Shown: positions 25,249 through 35,162, counted from the first letter of the stretch. The stretch: 52,970 bases of DNA from Thermoplasmata archaeon (GCA_028864975.1 JAGWLG010000024.1:1-52970), one strand, 5' to 3'. Numbers and translations: made by a program. Notes: a model not told the origin generated them from the sequence alone.

Positions 25249-28191
25249 ATGCTCCTCTCGTCCGGGCGACCTACGCCTCTCCTGGCCTGGGTCACCCTCT
25301 TTCTCTTGGCCCTCCCATGGCCCGCGGTCTCGGCCTCGGGCCAGGGGTCGCCTCCCCCTCTCCCCCCGACCCTCGAGGTGTCCTCCGGTGCGGTTCCTGC
25401 AACCCTCGCCGTCTCGTCCTCGAGCTACACGCTCCCGCCATCGTTCTGGGGCACGACCGTCTCGGCCGAGGCCCGTCTACTACCGGACGAGGCCGCGATG
25501 CTGAACGCGACACGCTCGCACGTTCTGGTCTGGACCGGGGCGAACGCCGGCGACCGCGTCAACATGCTCAACGATACGATCATCACGCAGAACGGGACGA
25601 GCCTGATCTGGAAGGCGCCCCCCACCAACGAGACCCAGTTCATCCACCTCTGCCGAGCGATCTCCTGCGAGGCCATCCTCCAGGTGCCGGGGGAGATCGA
25701 CGACCCCTCGTTGGCGGCCGCCGTTGTCAACTACACCGAAAAGACCCTAGGGTTCACCCCGGCCTACTGGGAGATCGGGAACGAGCCGGAGCTCTGGCGG
25801 TACTGGAAGGTCCCCTGGAGCTCCTGGAACGTCCCGCCCCAGAACGGCTCGGCCATCATCACCCCGGGCGAGTATGCCTGGATGGTCCACAACTATACCG
25901 CGGTCCTCCGCACCGCGGACCCGAACCTCCGCATCCTGGGGATCGCCGGCACGGGCCGACCCCAACCCCCCGTGCTCACGCCGCTATCGGCATGGATCAA
26001 CGCCACGGTGGCGGTCAACGGCGCGAACCTCTCGGGCATCGCCTTCCACGTCTACACGGCCGGGGTCTACGGCGCCCACACGCTGGGCCAGTTCTACGCC
26101 TTCGACACCGGACCGTACAGCGTCTTCGGAAGGGTCTCGGACGCCCGCTCGAGCATCTCCAACGAGATCAACGCGACCTGCCCAGGATGTCCCACCCCAC
26201 CCGTCTTCCTGACCGAGCTCGGCTCCGCGCTCTCGCACTTCTTCTTCGCGAACTTGAGCCGGGGTTTCGCCGGGGGGCTTTCCATGGCGGCGAGCGAGGC
26301 GGAGGGGATGGACCTCGACCTCCCCACGCTCGACGTCTTTGCCTCCGTCTTCAACACCTCCAACGCTTGGTTCGCCTTGAACGGGACGCCGCGGCCGGAC
26401 TTCGCGGTCTATGCCCAGTTCCTCTCGGGCCTGGGGAGCGACGTCTTCCCCGCGACGCTGACCCCCCCCAGCGGTCCGCCGTACACCGGTATGAACACCT
26501 CCCTCGGTGCGAACCTCTACGCCGTGGCGACCGAGGACCCCAGCGACCACGGTCGCTCCGACCTCCTCCTCGTGAACCAGAACACGACCACGAACGTCTC
26601 GCTTGCGCCCGCCCTCCCCGGCATTTCCGCCACCCCCCGGGTTCTCCTTCGAGAGTGGAGCGCGCGTGCGGTCTACGGTCCTCTCAACTCTACCTGGTGG
26701 GTCGCGCCGCTCACCGCGGCTCCCGTGGTCTCGGTACTTCCCGGTGGCCTTCCCTCCAGCTGGACGCTCCCTCCCCAGACGATCGCGGAGTTCGAGTCCT
26801 ATCCGAGCGCCGGTGCCGGGGTCTCGTTCAACGAGACCGGTCTTCCCTCGGCCGAGCGCTGGTATCTCTCGCTCAACGGAAGGACCGAGGAGACGCCGGG
26901 GACGAACCTGACGGTCATCCTGCCCACCGGAACTGCCTCGGTCGCACCGATCGCCCTCCCACTGCCATTCGGGAGCTTCCGTCCGAACCCCCTTGAGCGG
27001 ATGGAGCCGTTCCCGCCCTCCTCGGTGACCGTGGGGTCCACGACCCAGGACTTCCTGGTTCCCTTCGCCACCCAATGGAACATCTCGACCTCCGTCGGTC
27101 CCCCTGGCTCGGGCTGGACAACACCGCCTGTCGGGTGGGCGAACGCGAGCAGCGTGGTCACGCTAGACGAGGTTCCCGCGTCGGGGTTCGTTCCCGGAGG
27201 GTGGACAGGCGTCGGAACCGGTTCCTACACGGGGCTCTCCTCCCAGGCGACCCTGGTCGTGAAGGGTGCGATCCAGGAGACGGCCTTGTTCCTCCACGGT
27301 TTCCCCGTCACCGTCTCAGAGACAGGGCTCGCGACCGGCACCCCTTGGAGCCTTTCCATCGGCGGGGCAACGAGCTCGTCGACCTCCTCCTCTCTTGTCG
27401 TGCTCGAGGCGAACGGAACCTTCGCCCTCCAGGTGGGGACCCCTACAGGCTACACCCTCTCTTCGGCCCCCTCCACGTTGACCGTCAACGGTGGGCCGGT
27501 GTCGGTCTCCATCGTCTTCGCCCCGGTGGTCGCCACCTACTCGGTGCGATGGCAATCGGTCGGTCTCCCCGGGGGCGCGACCTGGTTCCTCCTCCTCAAC
27601 GGAGCGCGTTGGAACGCTTCGGTCGGGACGGTGGTGGCCGCCCTTGCGAACGGCTCCTACGCTGCATGGGTCTCGAACGCTGGAGATTTCCATCCCTCCA
27701 ATCGCTCGTTCACGGTCGAGGTCCTTGGGGGACCGCTGAACCTCACGGTTCCGTTCGTGGAGAACACCTACCCGGTCCTCGTCGGCGCCTCCGGCCTCCC
27801 CACCGGCGCCTCCTGGTCCCTCCAGGTCGTCGGCTTGGGCGCGTTCACGTGCAGCGCCACATGTACGTTCCCCCTGACGAACGGCACGTTCGACTGGCTG
27901 CTGACCCCACCCAGCGGATACGCTTCCGACTCGGACCATGGCACCCTCACGGTCCGCGGGACTCCGACCTACCTGAACGTCACGTTCCGACCTCCCCCCG
28001 CGGCACCCTCCTTTTGGGGCCAGCCAGAGGGGTGGACGGTCATGGGGCTCCTGGGAGGCGGGGCCGCGTTGGGCCTGGCGGTCTTGCTGATACGTTGGCG
28101 CCGACGCCCGAAGGGCCCCGAGCGACTCCCGTGGGAGGAGCGCGACCGGGCGTCAGGGATCGTCGCCCCTGAGCCCCGCCCTCCTTCGTGA
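25249..28191 (+). CDS. Membrane-anchored clan GH-A-like glycoside hydrolase with thermopsin-type stalk
   Basis: Signal peptide from MLLSSG; YWEIGNEPELW (acid/base) and VFLTELGS (nucleophile); ETGLP...W repeats; C-terminal TM plus RWRRRPK. Confidence 0.8.
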   Translation: MLLSSGRPTPLLAWVTLFLLALPWPAVSASGQGSPPPLPPTLEVSSGAVPATLAVSSSSYTLPPSFWGTTVSAEARLLPDEAAMLNATRSHVLVWTGANAGDRVNMLNDTIITQNGTSLIWKAPPTNETQFIHLCRAISCEAILQVPGEIDDPSLAAAVVNYTEKTLGFTPAYWEIGNEPELWRYWKVPWSSWNVPPQNGSAIITPGEYAWMVHNYTAVLRTADPNLRILGIAGTGRPQPPVLTPLSAWINATVAVNGANLSGIAFHVYTAGVYGAHTLGQFYAFDTGPYSVFGRVSDARSSISNEINATCPGCPTPPVFLTELGSALSHFFFANLSRGFAGGLSMAASEAEGMDLDLPTLDVFASVFNTSNAWFALNGTPRPDFAVYAQFLSGLGSDVFPATLTPPSGPPYTGMNTSLGANLYAVATEDPSDHGRSDLLLVNQNTTTNVSLAPALPGISATPRVLLREWSARAVYGPLNSTWWVAPLTAAPVVSVLPGGLPSSWTLPPQTIAEFESYPSAGAGVSFNETGLPSAERWYLSLNGRTEETPGTNLTVILPTGTASVAPIALPLPFGSFRPNPLERMEPFPPSSVTVGSTTQDFLVPFATQWNISTSVGPPGSGWTTPPVGWANASSVVTLDEVPASGFVPGGWTGVGTGSYTGLSSQATLVVKGAIQETALFLHGFPVTVSETGLATGTPWSLSIGGATSSSTSSSLVVLEANGTFALQVGTPTGYTLSSAPSTLTVNGGPVSVSIVFAPVVATYSVRWQSVGLPGGATWFLLLNGARWNASVGTVVAALANGSYAAWVSNAGDFHPSNRSFTVEVLGGPLNLTVPFVENTYPVLVGASGLPTGASWSLQVVGLGAFTCSATCTFPLTNGTFDWLLTPPSGYASDSDHGTLTVRGTPTYLNVTFRPPPAAPSFWGQPEGWTVMGLLGGGAALGLAVLLIRWRRRPKGPERLPWEERDRASGIVAPEPRPPS

Positions 28192-28286
28192 GCCCGTCCC
28201 CTCCGAAGCGTTCGACCCTGCTCCCCTCCCCGTGAGGCGCCGCCCTCATTACCCTGGGTGCCGTCGGGCACCCGGGGTGCTGGGGC

Positions 28287-29618
28287 ATGCCGGTCCGATC
28301 ACGGGGATCCAGAGCCAAAGAGGGCTACCACAAGGTCCAGGACCGGCTCGCGAAGGTCTGCCGACCGGAGAGCTTGGTCCTAAGCCACGGGTACGACCCG
28401 TCGCGGAGCGAGGGGGCGCTCATCCCGCCCATCTTCCTCTCCTCGACCTTCGTCTTCCCGACCGCGGAGGAAGGCAAGAGGTTCTTCGAGATCGCCTACA
28501 ACCTCCGTCCGCGCCGACGCGGGGAGAAGCTGGGACTGATCTACTCCCGACTGAACAACCCGGACCTCCAGATCCCCGAGGAACGGCTCACCTTGCTCGA
28601 ACAAGGCGCCGAGGCCGGGCTCCTCTTCGCGAGCGGCATGGCTGCGATCACGACCTCGTTCCTGGCGCTCCTCGCTCCCGGGGACGCGGTCGTGTCGACG
28701 GAGCCCGTCTATGGCGGGACGGACTACCTCTTCCGCACGATCCTCCCGAAGTACAGGGTCAAGGTCCGGTTCGTGCCATCGGGGGTCGACCGAAAGGAGC
28801 TCGTGAGGGTCCTGAACGAGCTCAAGGCGAGCGGGTCGCGCCCCGCCGCGATCTTCGTCGAGACCCCGGCCAACCCGACGAACGTCATGACCGACATTGC
28901 GGGTTGTGTCGCGGCGGCCCGGGAGGTCGGACGAGGAGCGCAGCGTCCCTGGGTGCTCGTCGACAACACGTTCCTGGGGCCCTTGTGGCAGAGCCCGCTG
29001 CGCCATCACGCGGACCTCGTCCTCTACTCGGCGACGAAGTTCATCGGCGGCCACAGCGACCTCGTCTCCGGGGCGGCGCTCGGCCGCCGGGAGCTCATCG
29101 ACCGGATCGCCGTCTACCGGACGATCCTCGGGACCATGGCGAACCCCTTCGACGGGTTCCTCGTGCTCCGCAGCCTGGACACCCTCACCGTCCGCATGAA
29201 ACGGCAGAGCGAGACGGCGAAGCGGGTCTCCAGATGGCTCGTCCGTCAGCCGCAGGTCTCCCGCGTGCTCTACCCGGGCCTCCCAGAGGACGCCCAGCAG
29301 CGGCGCCTCGCCCGCCGCCAGTGCCGGGGCCCGGGCTCGCTCATCTCCTTCGAGGTCCGAGGGGGCGAACGGGGGGCCTTCCGCTTCCTGAACGCGCTCG
29401 AGCTGGTCAAGGTGGCCGTGAGCCTTGGCGGGACCCACACGCTCGCGGAGCATCCCGCGAGCATGACGCACAGCGACGTGCCCCGGGAGGAGCGGGAGCG
29501 ACACGGGATCTCCGAGTCCATGGTCCGTCTCTCCATCGGCCTCGAGGACCCGGGCGATCTCATCCGCGATCTCCAAGGCGCGCTCCGAATCACCTCGCGG
29601 CTCGCCCACAAGCACTGA
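28287..29618 (+). CDS. Cys/Met metabolism PLP-dependent enzyme (cystathionine gamma-synthase / methionine gamma-lyase family)
   Basis: PPIFLSSTF, YSRLNNP, FASGMAAI, YGGT, ETPANPT, VDNTF, YSATKFIGGHSD (PLP lysine), AVSLGG, RLSIGLED. Confidence 0.93.
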   Translation: MPVRSRGSRAKEGYHKVQDRLAKVCRPESLVLSHGYDPSRSEGALIPPIFLSSTFVFPTAEEGKRFFEIAYNLRPRRRGEKLGLIYSRLNNPDLQIPEERLTLLEQGAEAGLLFASGMAAITTSFLALLAPGDAVVSTEPVYGGTDYLFRTILPKYRVKVRFVPSGVDRKELVRVLNELKASGSRPAAIFVETPANPTNVMTDIAGCVAAAREVGRGAQRPWVLVDNTFLGPLWQSPLRHHADLVLYSATKFIGGHSDLVSGAALGRRELIDRIAVYRTILGTMANPFDGFLVLRSLDTLTVRMKRQSETAKRVSRWLVRQPQVSRVLYPGLPEDAQQRRLARRQCRGPGSLISFEVRGGERGAFRFLNALELVKVAVSLGGTHTLAEHPASMTHSDVPREERERHGISESMVRLSIGLEDPGDLIRDLQGALRITSRLAHKH

Positions 29619-29751
29619 ATGTGTCCGCGTGGGGTCGACGCGCCCCAACGGTGGCGGTCCGCAGGGCGGGGACCGCCCCTGTCCGGTTGTCAGAGGGCAC
29701 ATCGAGCTGGCCAATCGCTTCGAGGGCCGCAGCGCGGAGGGGCCCCCGAAC

Positions 29752-30096
29752 TCATCGACGTGAGCCGGGGAACCACTCGTCGTACGTCGCGTGGTCCACG
29801 ATATCGAGCAGGATCACGTCCCTGTCCAAGATCGTATAGAAGAGGCGATGGAAGGAGGCCAGGTCCACGCAGTACAAGTTCTCGACCCCGTAGCGGGAGC
29901 GAAAGTGGGCCGGGATGTGCCGGGGCGGGATGACCTCGCCCCACTGTCCGTCCAACTTGAGCCTCAGAATGGCGGTCTGAAGCCCCTTCCAGATGGCGGG
30001 GGCCGGTTGTCGGCCAGCTCGGGCGTCAGCCTCCCACCGCGCATACTCCCCGGTGAGTGCACCGTGGGCCACGACGCTTCGAGGGCGGAACGGCAC
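29752..30096 (-). CDS. RelE/ParE-like putative toxin of an archaeal two-gene module
   Basis: GEVIPPRHIPAHFRSRYGVENLYCVDLASFHRLFYTI...LLDIVDHATYD resembles the RelE-fold C-terminus (RL.Y....V.ILDI..H). Confidence 0.65.
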   Translation of the reverse strand: MPFRPRSVVAHGALTGEYARWEADARAGRQPAPAIWKGLQTAILRLKLDGQWGEVIPPRHIPAHFRSRYGVENLYCVDLASFHRLFYTILDRDVILLDIVDHATYDEWFPGSRR

Positions 30097-30105
30097 GGCT
30101 CCTCT

Positions 30106-30390
30106 TCAGAACCGACGGCCCAGAGCGACGGCGCGGCGAAGGGACTCGCTGTCCGCGTGCGTCCACTGGACCCCTTTGGACCCCTCGACGGCCATCCCGA
30201 GGCGGAAGAAGTAGCCGAGCGCCCGGTTGAGGCGAGGTCTCGTCGTGGAGTGTCCCCTCCGCTCAAGTTCGTCCAAGAGCCAGTTCCGGCTCACCGGGAC
30301 CCCAGCCCTCCGGAGCAACGATTCCACGAGTTCCACCGTTGAAAGGTTCACATCCGGCGCATGGGGGGCGGAGCGAGCAGATGCGCTCAT
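30106..30390 (-). CDS. Small winged-helix-like protein, putative antitoxin/regulator
   Basis: Real start MSASARS at 30390 inside ORF 30106..30819; NLSTVELVESLL...SRNWLLDEL...RLNRALGYF...GVQW; stop lies 10 nt before the toxin-like gene. Confidence 0.65.
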   Translation of the reverse strand: MSASARSAPHAPDVNLSTVELVESLLRRAGVPVSRNWLLDELERRGHSTTRPRLNRALGYFFRLGMAVEGSKGVQWTHADSESLRRAVALGRRF

Positions 30391-30831
30391 GGAGAACACA
30401 TATCTGTGGAGGCTATAGAACTTTACATCCCCAGGGGTACCCCTTGGTCGTTGCCCTACCCTCAGCGAGCCGCATTGCGTCCCATGCGGGCCGCCGTGCG
30501 TGGCGGTGGGGTGCAGGCGGGCGGCAGGAGCCCTACCGCCGGAGGAAGCGAGCACCGATCTGGTGTGGAAGGCAGGAGTGGGCCGCCTGCAACCCACATG
30601 CATGGTGGCAAGGCTCTCTACCACCGTTGGGCCCGGAAGGTCTCGAATGGGCCGCGGACCGCCATGCCCTCGTACGCTCTTCGCTGGGATGTACCGCACC
30701 TCCCCGGAGGAACGCTCGCGGGCCCACCACGGAGGGGCGCTCCAGGTCGGAGGCGTACCGGTTGGCCCCCGGGACCACTCGAGGAGATCGCCCCCGCTTC
30801 CAGGGAGTAGGGGTGGCACGGTGTCCTGCTC

Positions 30832-32121
30832 TCAAGCTTTCGACACGCGCGCAGGACCCGGTGCAGGAAGGCGGGCCCAGTTCCTGACCGAGGGGATCGC
30901 AAGAAGCGCGAAGCTCGCGAACGCACCCCCCACGCCGGCAAGAACGTACGTGTGTCCTACCCCCAGGAGAAGGACCGCGAACCCCCCCGCGATCTGGCCC
31001 ACGGGGATCATCGCGAAGGCCCCCGCCTCGCTCGTCGCGAAGTATCTCCCCATCACCTTCTCGGGGACGGTCCGTTGCTCGGCCGAGAGGGCACAGGTCC
31101 CGGCGAACGACTGGAGGATGGCGAAGAGAAGGGCCAACGCGACCGCCAGGGGAAGGTAGGCGGTCAGTCCCAGCACCACCACGCTCAGCCCCGCGCATCC
31201 CGTCGCCACGGCGAACCATACCCCCGGGGCGCGGTCCGTGCCGACGCGACCAGGGAGCAGCGGACCGATCGCGAACCCCGCGGTGTTCGCGGCCAGGAGC
31301 ACCCCGAACACCGCCACCGTGAGGTGGAGCTGCTGCGTCACGTAGAAGATCTCGAAGCCGTTGTACATCGCGAGGAAGAAGTTCGCGACCAGGGCGCTGA
31401 TCGTGATCGCCAGGAGCGCGGTCTGGGACCGCAGGAATCGTAGCCCCTCGCGGGCCTCGGCGAGCAGGCTCGCACGCATTTCGGGCGGGGAGGCGGGGGC
31501 CTCCCTTCGACGCGGCAGGACCATCCACGTCAGAAGGGCGGCGGAAACGAGGAACGTGAGCGCGTTCAGCAGCAGTGCGAGACCCAGCAGAGCTCCCAGA
31601 AGTACGACCAAGGCCCCGCCCAGCGGGCTCCCCACGAAGCTCGACGCGGTGCCGCTGCTCTCTAGGAGCCCGGTTGCGTCGGTGAGCCGTTCGGAACGCA
31701 CCAGCCTGGGGAGCAGGGCGTTTCGCGCGGGCCGGAACAGCGTTCCCAAGCCGGAGACCGCGAAGGCCGCCGCAAGCACCAGGACCACGTTGCTGCCCCG
31801 GACGAGCACGTCGGCGGCCAATGCCCCCAGGATCGCGAAGCGGCCGAGGTCGCAGGCGACCATGAGCCGACGCCGGTCGAACCGGTCGACGAGGGCACCC
31901 CCGAGGATCCCAAAGAGGGCGGAGGGGAGGAACTCGACCACCCCGAGGAGGGCGATCGCCAGGGGGGAACGGGTGGCGCTGTACACGAGCCACGTGAGGA
32001 CGACGTAGCCCACCGCATTCCCCAGCGAGGAGCCAATGGACCCGGAGCACAGGAGGGCGAAGTTCCGATTCCCCCAGAGAGGGACCCGAGCTCCTGTCGC
32101 GGCCTCGACCGTTGACCTCAT
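30832..32121 (-). CDS. MFS transporter (DHA3/MefA-like exporter)
   Basis: About 12 TM segments; motif A GALVDRFDRRRLMVACD; FRPARNALLPRLV; start could be 32154. Confidence 0.9.
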   Translation of the reverse strand: MRSTVEAATGARVPLWGNRNFALLCSGSIGSSLGNAVGYVVLTWLVYSATRSPLAIALLGVVEFLPSALFGILGGALVDRFDRRRLMVACDLGRFAILGALAADVLVRGSNVVLVLAAAFAVSGLGTLFRPARNALLPRLVRSERLTDATGLLESSGTASSFVGSPLGGALVVLLGALLGLALLLNALTFLVSAALLTWMVLPRRREAPASPPEMRASLLAEAREGLRFLRSQTALLAITISALVANFFLAMYNGFEIFYVTQQLHLTVAVFGVLLAANTAGFAIGPLLPGRVGTDRAPGVWFAVATGCAGLSVVVLGLTAYLPLAVALALLFAILQSFAGTCALSAEQRTVPEKVMGRYFATSEAGAFAMIPVGQIAGGFAVLLLGVGHTYVLAGVGGAFASFALLAIPSVRNWARLPAPGPARVSKA

Positions 32122-32338
32122 CCTCGACCCCACGACTCTTCGGTCGCTGGCCATGTCGGCTGGCTCTTGGGGATTCCCTCCACTACCCCGGGGTGGGCAG
32201 CCCCCCTCAGGAGGAAGGAGGGTCGATCAAGGTCACGCTACTCCTGCCCCACGACGAACCTCCGGGCATGGCCCGCCGAAAGCCCTGCCGAGACGACCTC
32301 GAGGACCGGATACTCTCGCATCAGTTAGCGGCAGCCCG

Positions 32339-32917
32339 CTAGGGAGTCCTCTCAGTCTTCGAAACGCGGGCCGCTCTCGCGAGGAGCTCGGGAAGCAGGT
32401 CGCCGACATCCTCTTTCTTCGCTCGGAGCTCAAGGTACTCCCGATCCAGGGAGGCACCGAACTCGGCGACCAGGAGGATCGCTTGGTTCAGTTCCTCGGG
32501 AAGCTTCCAATGCTTGGTGGAGGCCAGGCGTCCGATGATGAGGTCCTCGACCGCGGCCACCCGAACCCTCCCGAACGGGGTGTCGATGGTCCGAAGCAGG
32601 GAGGTTCGTCCGTGGTAGTCTTGCGAGCTGACGATGTCGAGCGCGATCTTCCAGCCCTCGGACCACCAGATGCGCCCGTCCTTGTGGAAGCCCCAGGCGC
32701 GGAGCACGTGCTCCAGCGCCTCCCTCCGCCCGACGACGTCGAGGTCCCCCGAAACATACGCCCCCCCAGAGTAGATCTCTATCGCCGAACCCCCGACCAC
32801 GATGAGGCCGTCCTTGAGGCCTGCTTCTCGACCCAAGAGGGCGCAGAAGTAGAGCGTCCTCTGGGCGGGAGATGAGGTCCCATCCAGGAGCTTGTGGGCC
32901 TCCTCCATGCCGGTCAT
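32339..32917 (-). CDS. DUF6036-like nucleotidyltransferase (AbiEii-related)
   Basis: LIVVGGSAI...YVSGDLDVV (GG..A...T.D.D pol-beta motif); VEDLIIGRL; coupled to the upstream HTH gene. Confidence 0.8.
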   Translation of the reverse strand: MTGMEEAHKLLDGTSSPAQRTLYFCALLGREAGLKDGLIVVGGSAIEIYSGGAYVSGDLDVVGRREALEHVLRAWGFHKDGRIWWSEGWKIALDIVSSQDYHGRTSLLRTIDTPFGRVRVAAVEDLIIGRLASTKHWKLPEELNQAILLVAEFGASLDREYLELRAKKEDVGDLLPELLARAARVSKTERTP

Positions 32918-33420
32918 CGTTCGCGCCGGCGTAGCCTCCTTGGGGTGGGGTGCCCTCGTAAGGACGTCGCCAATCCCACGGCACGAAGGGCTCGGTCCTT
33001 CTCGGGCGGCCGTTCAAAGTCCCTCAGGATCGGTGGGGGCCCCCGCCTCCAAGAGAGCTTGGATAGATTGGGAGGGGGCAGGTCGCGGATGCGCTCTCTC
33101 AGCTCCTGTGTGACGTCGATGCCGTTGACGCCTCGGTCCAGCCAATCCTCGCTCCAACTCACACGAGCGCGTTTCGAGAGGAACGACCTGAGATCCTCAT
33201 CTCGGAGTCGCCAGCCTCGCCCCTTCCTTTCGAGAGCTCGTGGCTCCACCAAGCCCGCCCTGGCCAGACGATCGAGCTCCATGGACACCTTGATGGGCTG
33301 CACGTCCGAGAGCTTGGCGATCCGATAGCCACTCAGGTCACGTCGGGCGCTGGCAAGGACGACGAGGATCCTGGCTCGAGCCTCGCTGCCGAAGACGGAG
33401 GCCAGTCCCGTCGCCATCAT
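32914..33420 (-). CDS. Winged-helix (ArsR-like) protein, probable cognate regulator/antitoxin of the nucleotidyltransferase
   Basis: VFGSEARARILVVL...SGYRIAKLSDV....VSMELDRLARAGLV; ATGA overlap with the downstream gene. Confidence 0.78.
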   Translation of the reverse strand: MMATGLASVFGSEARARILVVLASARRDLSGYRIAKLSDVQPIKVSMELDRLARAGLVEPRALERKGRGWRLRDEDLRSFLSKRARVSWSEDWLDRGVNGIDVTQELRERIRDLPPPNLSKLSWRRGPPPILRDFERPPEKDRALRAVGLATSLRGHPTPRRLRRRER

Positions 33421-33432
33421 GATATCTCAATA

Positions 33433-33443
33433 GGATAGTATCC
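33433..33443. promoter_or_regulatory. Palindromic operator candidate in the AT-rich promoter of the HTH-NTase operon
   Basis: GGATA-G-TATCC, 13-23 nt upstream of the ATG at 33420. Confidence 0.45.
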
Positions 33444-33549
33444 GTTACTGATAATAAAGTGTGACACAGGTCCCACAATGCCCAAGGCCCCGCACGGGAC
33501 GAGGGCAGCCTCCGGGAGCCGCTCCGGCCTCCCCCGGGGCCGATGCGAC

Positions 33550-34188
33550 CTAGAAGTGCCCGGCCGCGCCCACCACACCGTTGATGATGAACTGCACCCC
33601 GACCGCGGCGAGGAGCAATCCCATCACCCGGATGATGGCGGTGATCCCGACCCGTCCCAGGTAGCGGAAGATCCCCTGCCCGAAGTGGAGGATCGCCCAG
33701 GATGCGAGGGTGACTGCGATCACCGCGACGAAGAGCCCCGCGAGGTCGATGACATCCCCGCCGCTGTTCCCGACGAGGACCATGACCATCGCGATGGCCC
33801 CCGGTCCCGCGAGGAGCGGGATCCCGAGGGGGGCGATCGCGAGCTCGTCGCGGCGCCGGATGGCGTCCTCCCGGTCCGCCGGGGGGATCTTCTTCCCGAC
33901 CTCCCCGTGCAGCATGTCGTAGGCGATCAGGAAGAGGAGGATCCCTCCCGAGATCTCCATCGCCCAGAGGGTGAACCCGAACGCCGCGAAGAGGAAGCGC
34001 CCCGCGACGAGGAAGACCACGAGGGTGACCCCGCACGTCGCGACGGCCCTCTTGAGGATCACGCGTTTGTCCGCCTCGTCGAACCCCTCGCTGAGCGCGA
34101 CGAAGAACGGGAGGGTCCCGATCGGGTCGACGGTCGCGAAGATGCTCGCCGCCGCGGCGAGGAGGAAGCCGAGCTCTGCTTCGGTCAC
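33550..34188 (-). CDS. marC: MarC family integral membrane protein
   Basis: IFATVDPIG, ISGGILLFLIA, IAPLGIPLLAGPGAI, RVMGLLLAAVGVQFI; GTG start at 34188 overlaps the upstream TGA. Confidence 0.92.
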   Translation of the reverse strand: MTEAELGFLLAAAASIFATVDPIGTLPFFVALSEGFDEADKRVILKRAVATCGVTLVVFLVAGRFLFAAFGFTLWAMEISGGILLFLIAYDMLHGEVGKKIPPADREDAIRRRDELAIAPLGIPLLAGPGAIAMVMVLVGNSGGDVIDLAGLFVAVIAVTLASWAILHFGQGIFRYLGRVGITAIIRVMGLLLAAVGVQFIINGVVGAAGHF

Positions 34189-35162
34189 GGGTGCGAAGGA
34201 GAGGCGGACGCATCGCCCCACTGGATGCCGCAGTTGCTGCAGACACGGCTCGAAGGGAGCGGGCTCCCGCACATCGGGCACTCACGGACCGACTGCAGCG
34301 AGACCGACCCGAACGAGGAGATCTTCATCGGGGCTTGGGAACGGATGGACGGAGGTGTGGTGGGGGGCGGCGCAGGTCGCTCAGAGAGAGCCCCCGTCTT
34401 CCGGGGCGCCTCGGGGGTGGGGGTCGGAGGGGGAGAGCTCGAGGGCATCGGCGGTGGTGGCGCCGGGACGGCGAACAGGTCCGGGCCCTGTGTCGCTTTG
34501 GAAGGCGGTGCCGGAGGTTCCGAGACGGGGGGAGAGGTCCTGGTCGGAGCTGGCGAAGGAGGGCTGGGGGTTGCCGCGGGCTTGGCCACCACATTCTCCG
34601 AGGGGGCGACGGTACCCAACGAGGGGGACGCCGGACGGACCGCGGCAGGAGCGGGGAGTGGGGTCGATACCACCGGAGGGCTGGAGGGAAGAACGGGGTC
34701 CTTGGCCGCAGGCCTCGCCGGCGGGTTCGCAGGGATGCTGGGCGGGAGCGCCGACTCCCCCGCTTTCGACAGCGCATCGTACTTGTCGTCGTTCAGCGTC
34801 AAGGCCGGCAGAAGCCCCAAGGGGAGGAGATTGCGCGTGCTTCGCGGAGCTTCCTTCTCGCTGCTCACCGGTGGCGAAGGGGGGACCGGGGCAGCGGCAC
34901 TCCCCGTAGAGGATGCGCTCACGGCCTCAGCAGGTCTCGGAGGAGAGGGTTCGCTCGACTTCTTCGTTCTCTCCTTCTTGCGCCTCGGCGGTCGAGGCTC
35001 TCGCCCGGGGATGAGCGTCGTCGGCGTGAGGCCGTTCCAGGTGACGAGACAGCTGCGGCAGGTCCGGTCCCGCTTGAGGTCGCCCCCGCACCAGGGGCAG
35101 TACACGAACATCTCGGGTACAGGAGTGCCCTGGGCCACCACGGGGGGAGCTAGGGTCGCCAA
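34185..35162 (-). CDS. Soluble Pro/Ser-rich protein with N- and C-terminal double zinc ribbons
   Basis: CPWCGGDLKRDRTCRSCLVTW and CPMCGSPLPSSRVCSNCGIQW flank a low-complexity linker; alternative ATG at 35111. Confidence 0.8.
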   Translation of the reverse strand: MATLAPPVVAQGTPVPEMFVYCPWCGGDLKRDRTCRSCLVTWNGLTPTTLIPGREPRPPRRKKERTKKSSEPSPPRPAEAVSASSTGSAAAPVPPSPPVSSEKEAPRSTRNLLPLGLLPALTLNDDKYDALSKAGESALPPSIPANPPARPAAKDPVLPSSPPVVSTPLPAPAAVRPASPSLGTVAPSENVVAKPAATPSPPSPAPTRTSPPVSEPPAPPSKATQGPDLFAVPAPPPPMPSSSPPPTPTPEAPRKTGALSERPAPPPTTPPSIRSQAPMKISSFGSVSLQSVRECPMCGSPLPSSRVCSNCGIQWGDASASPSHP

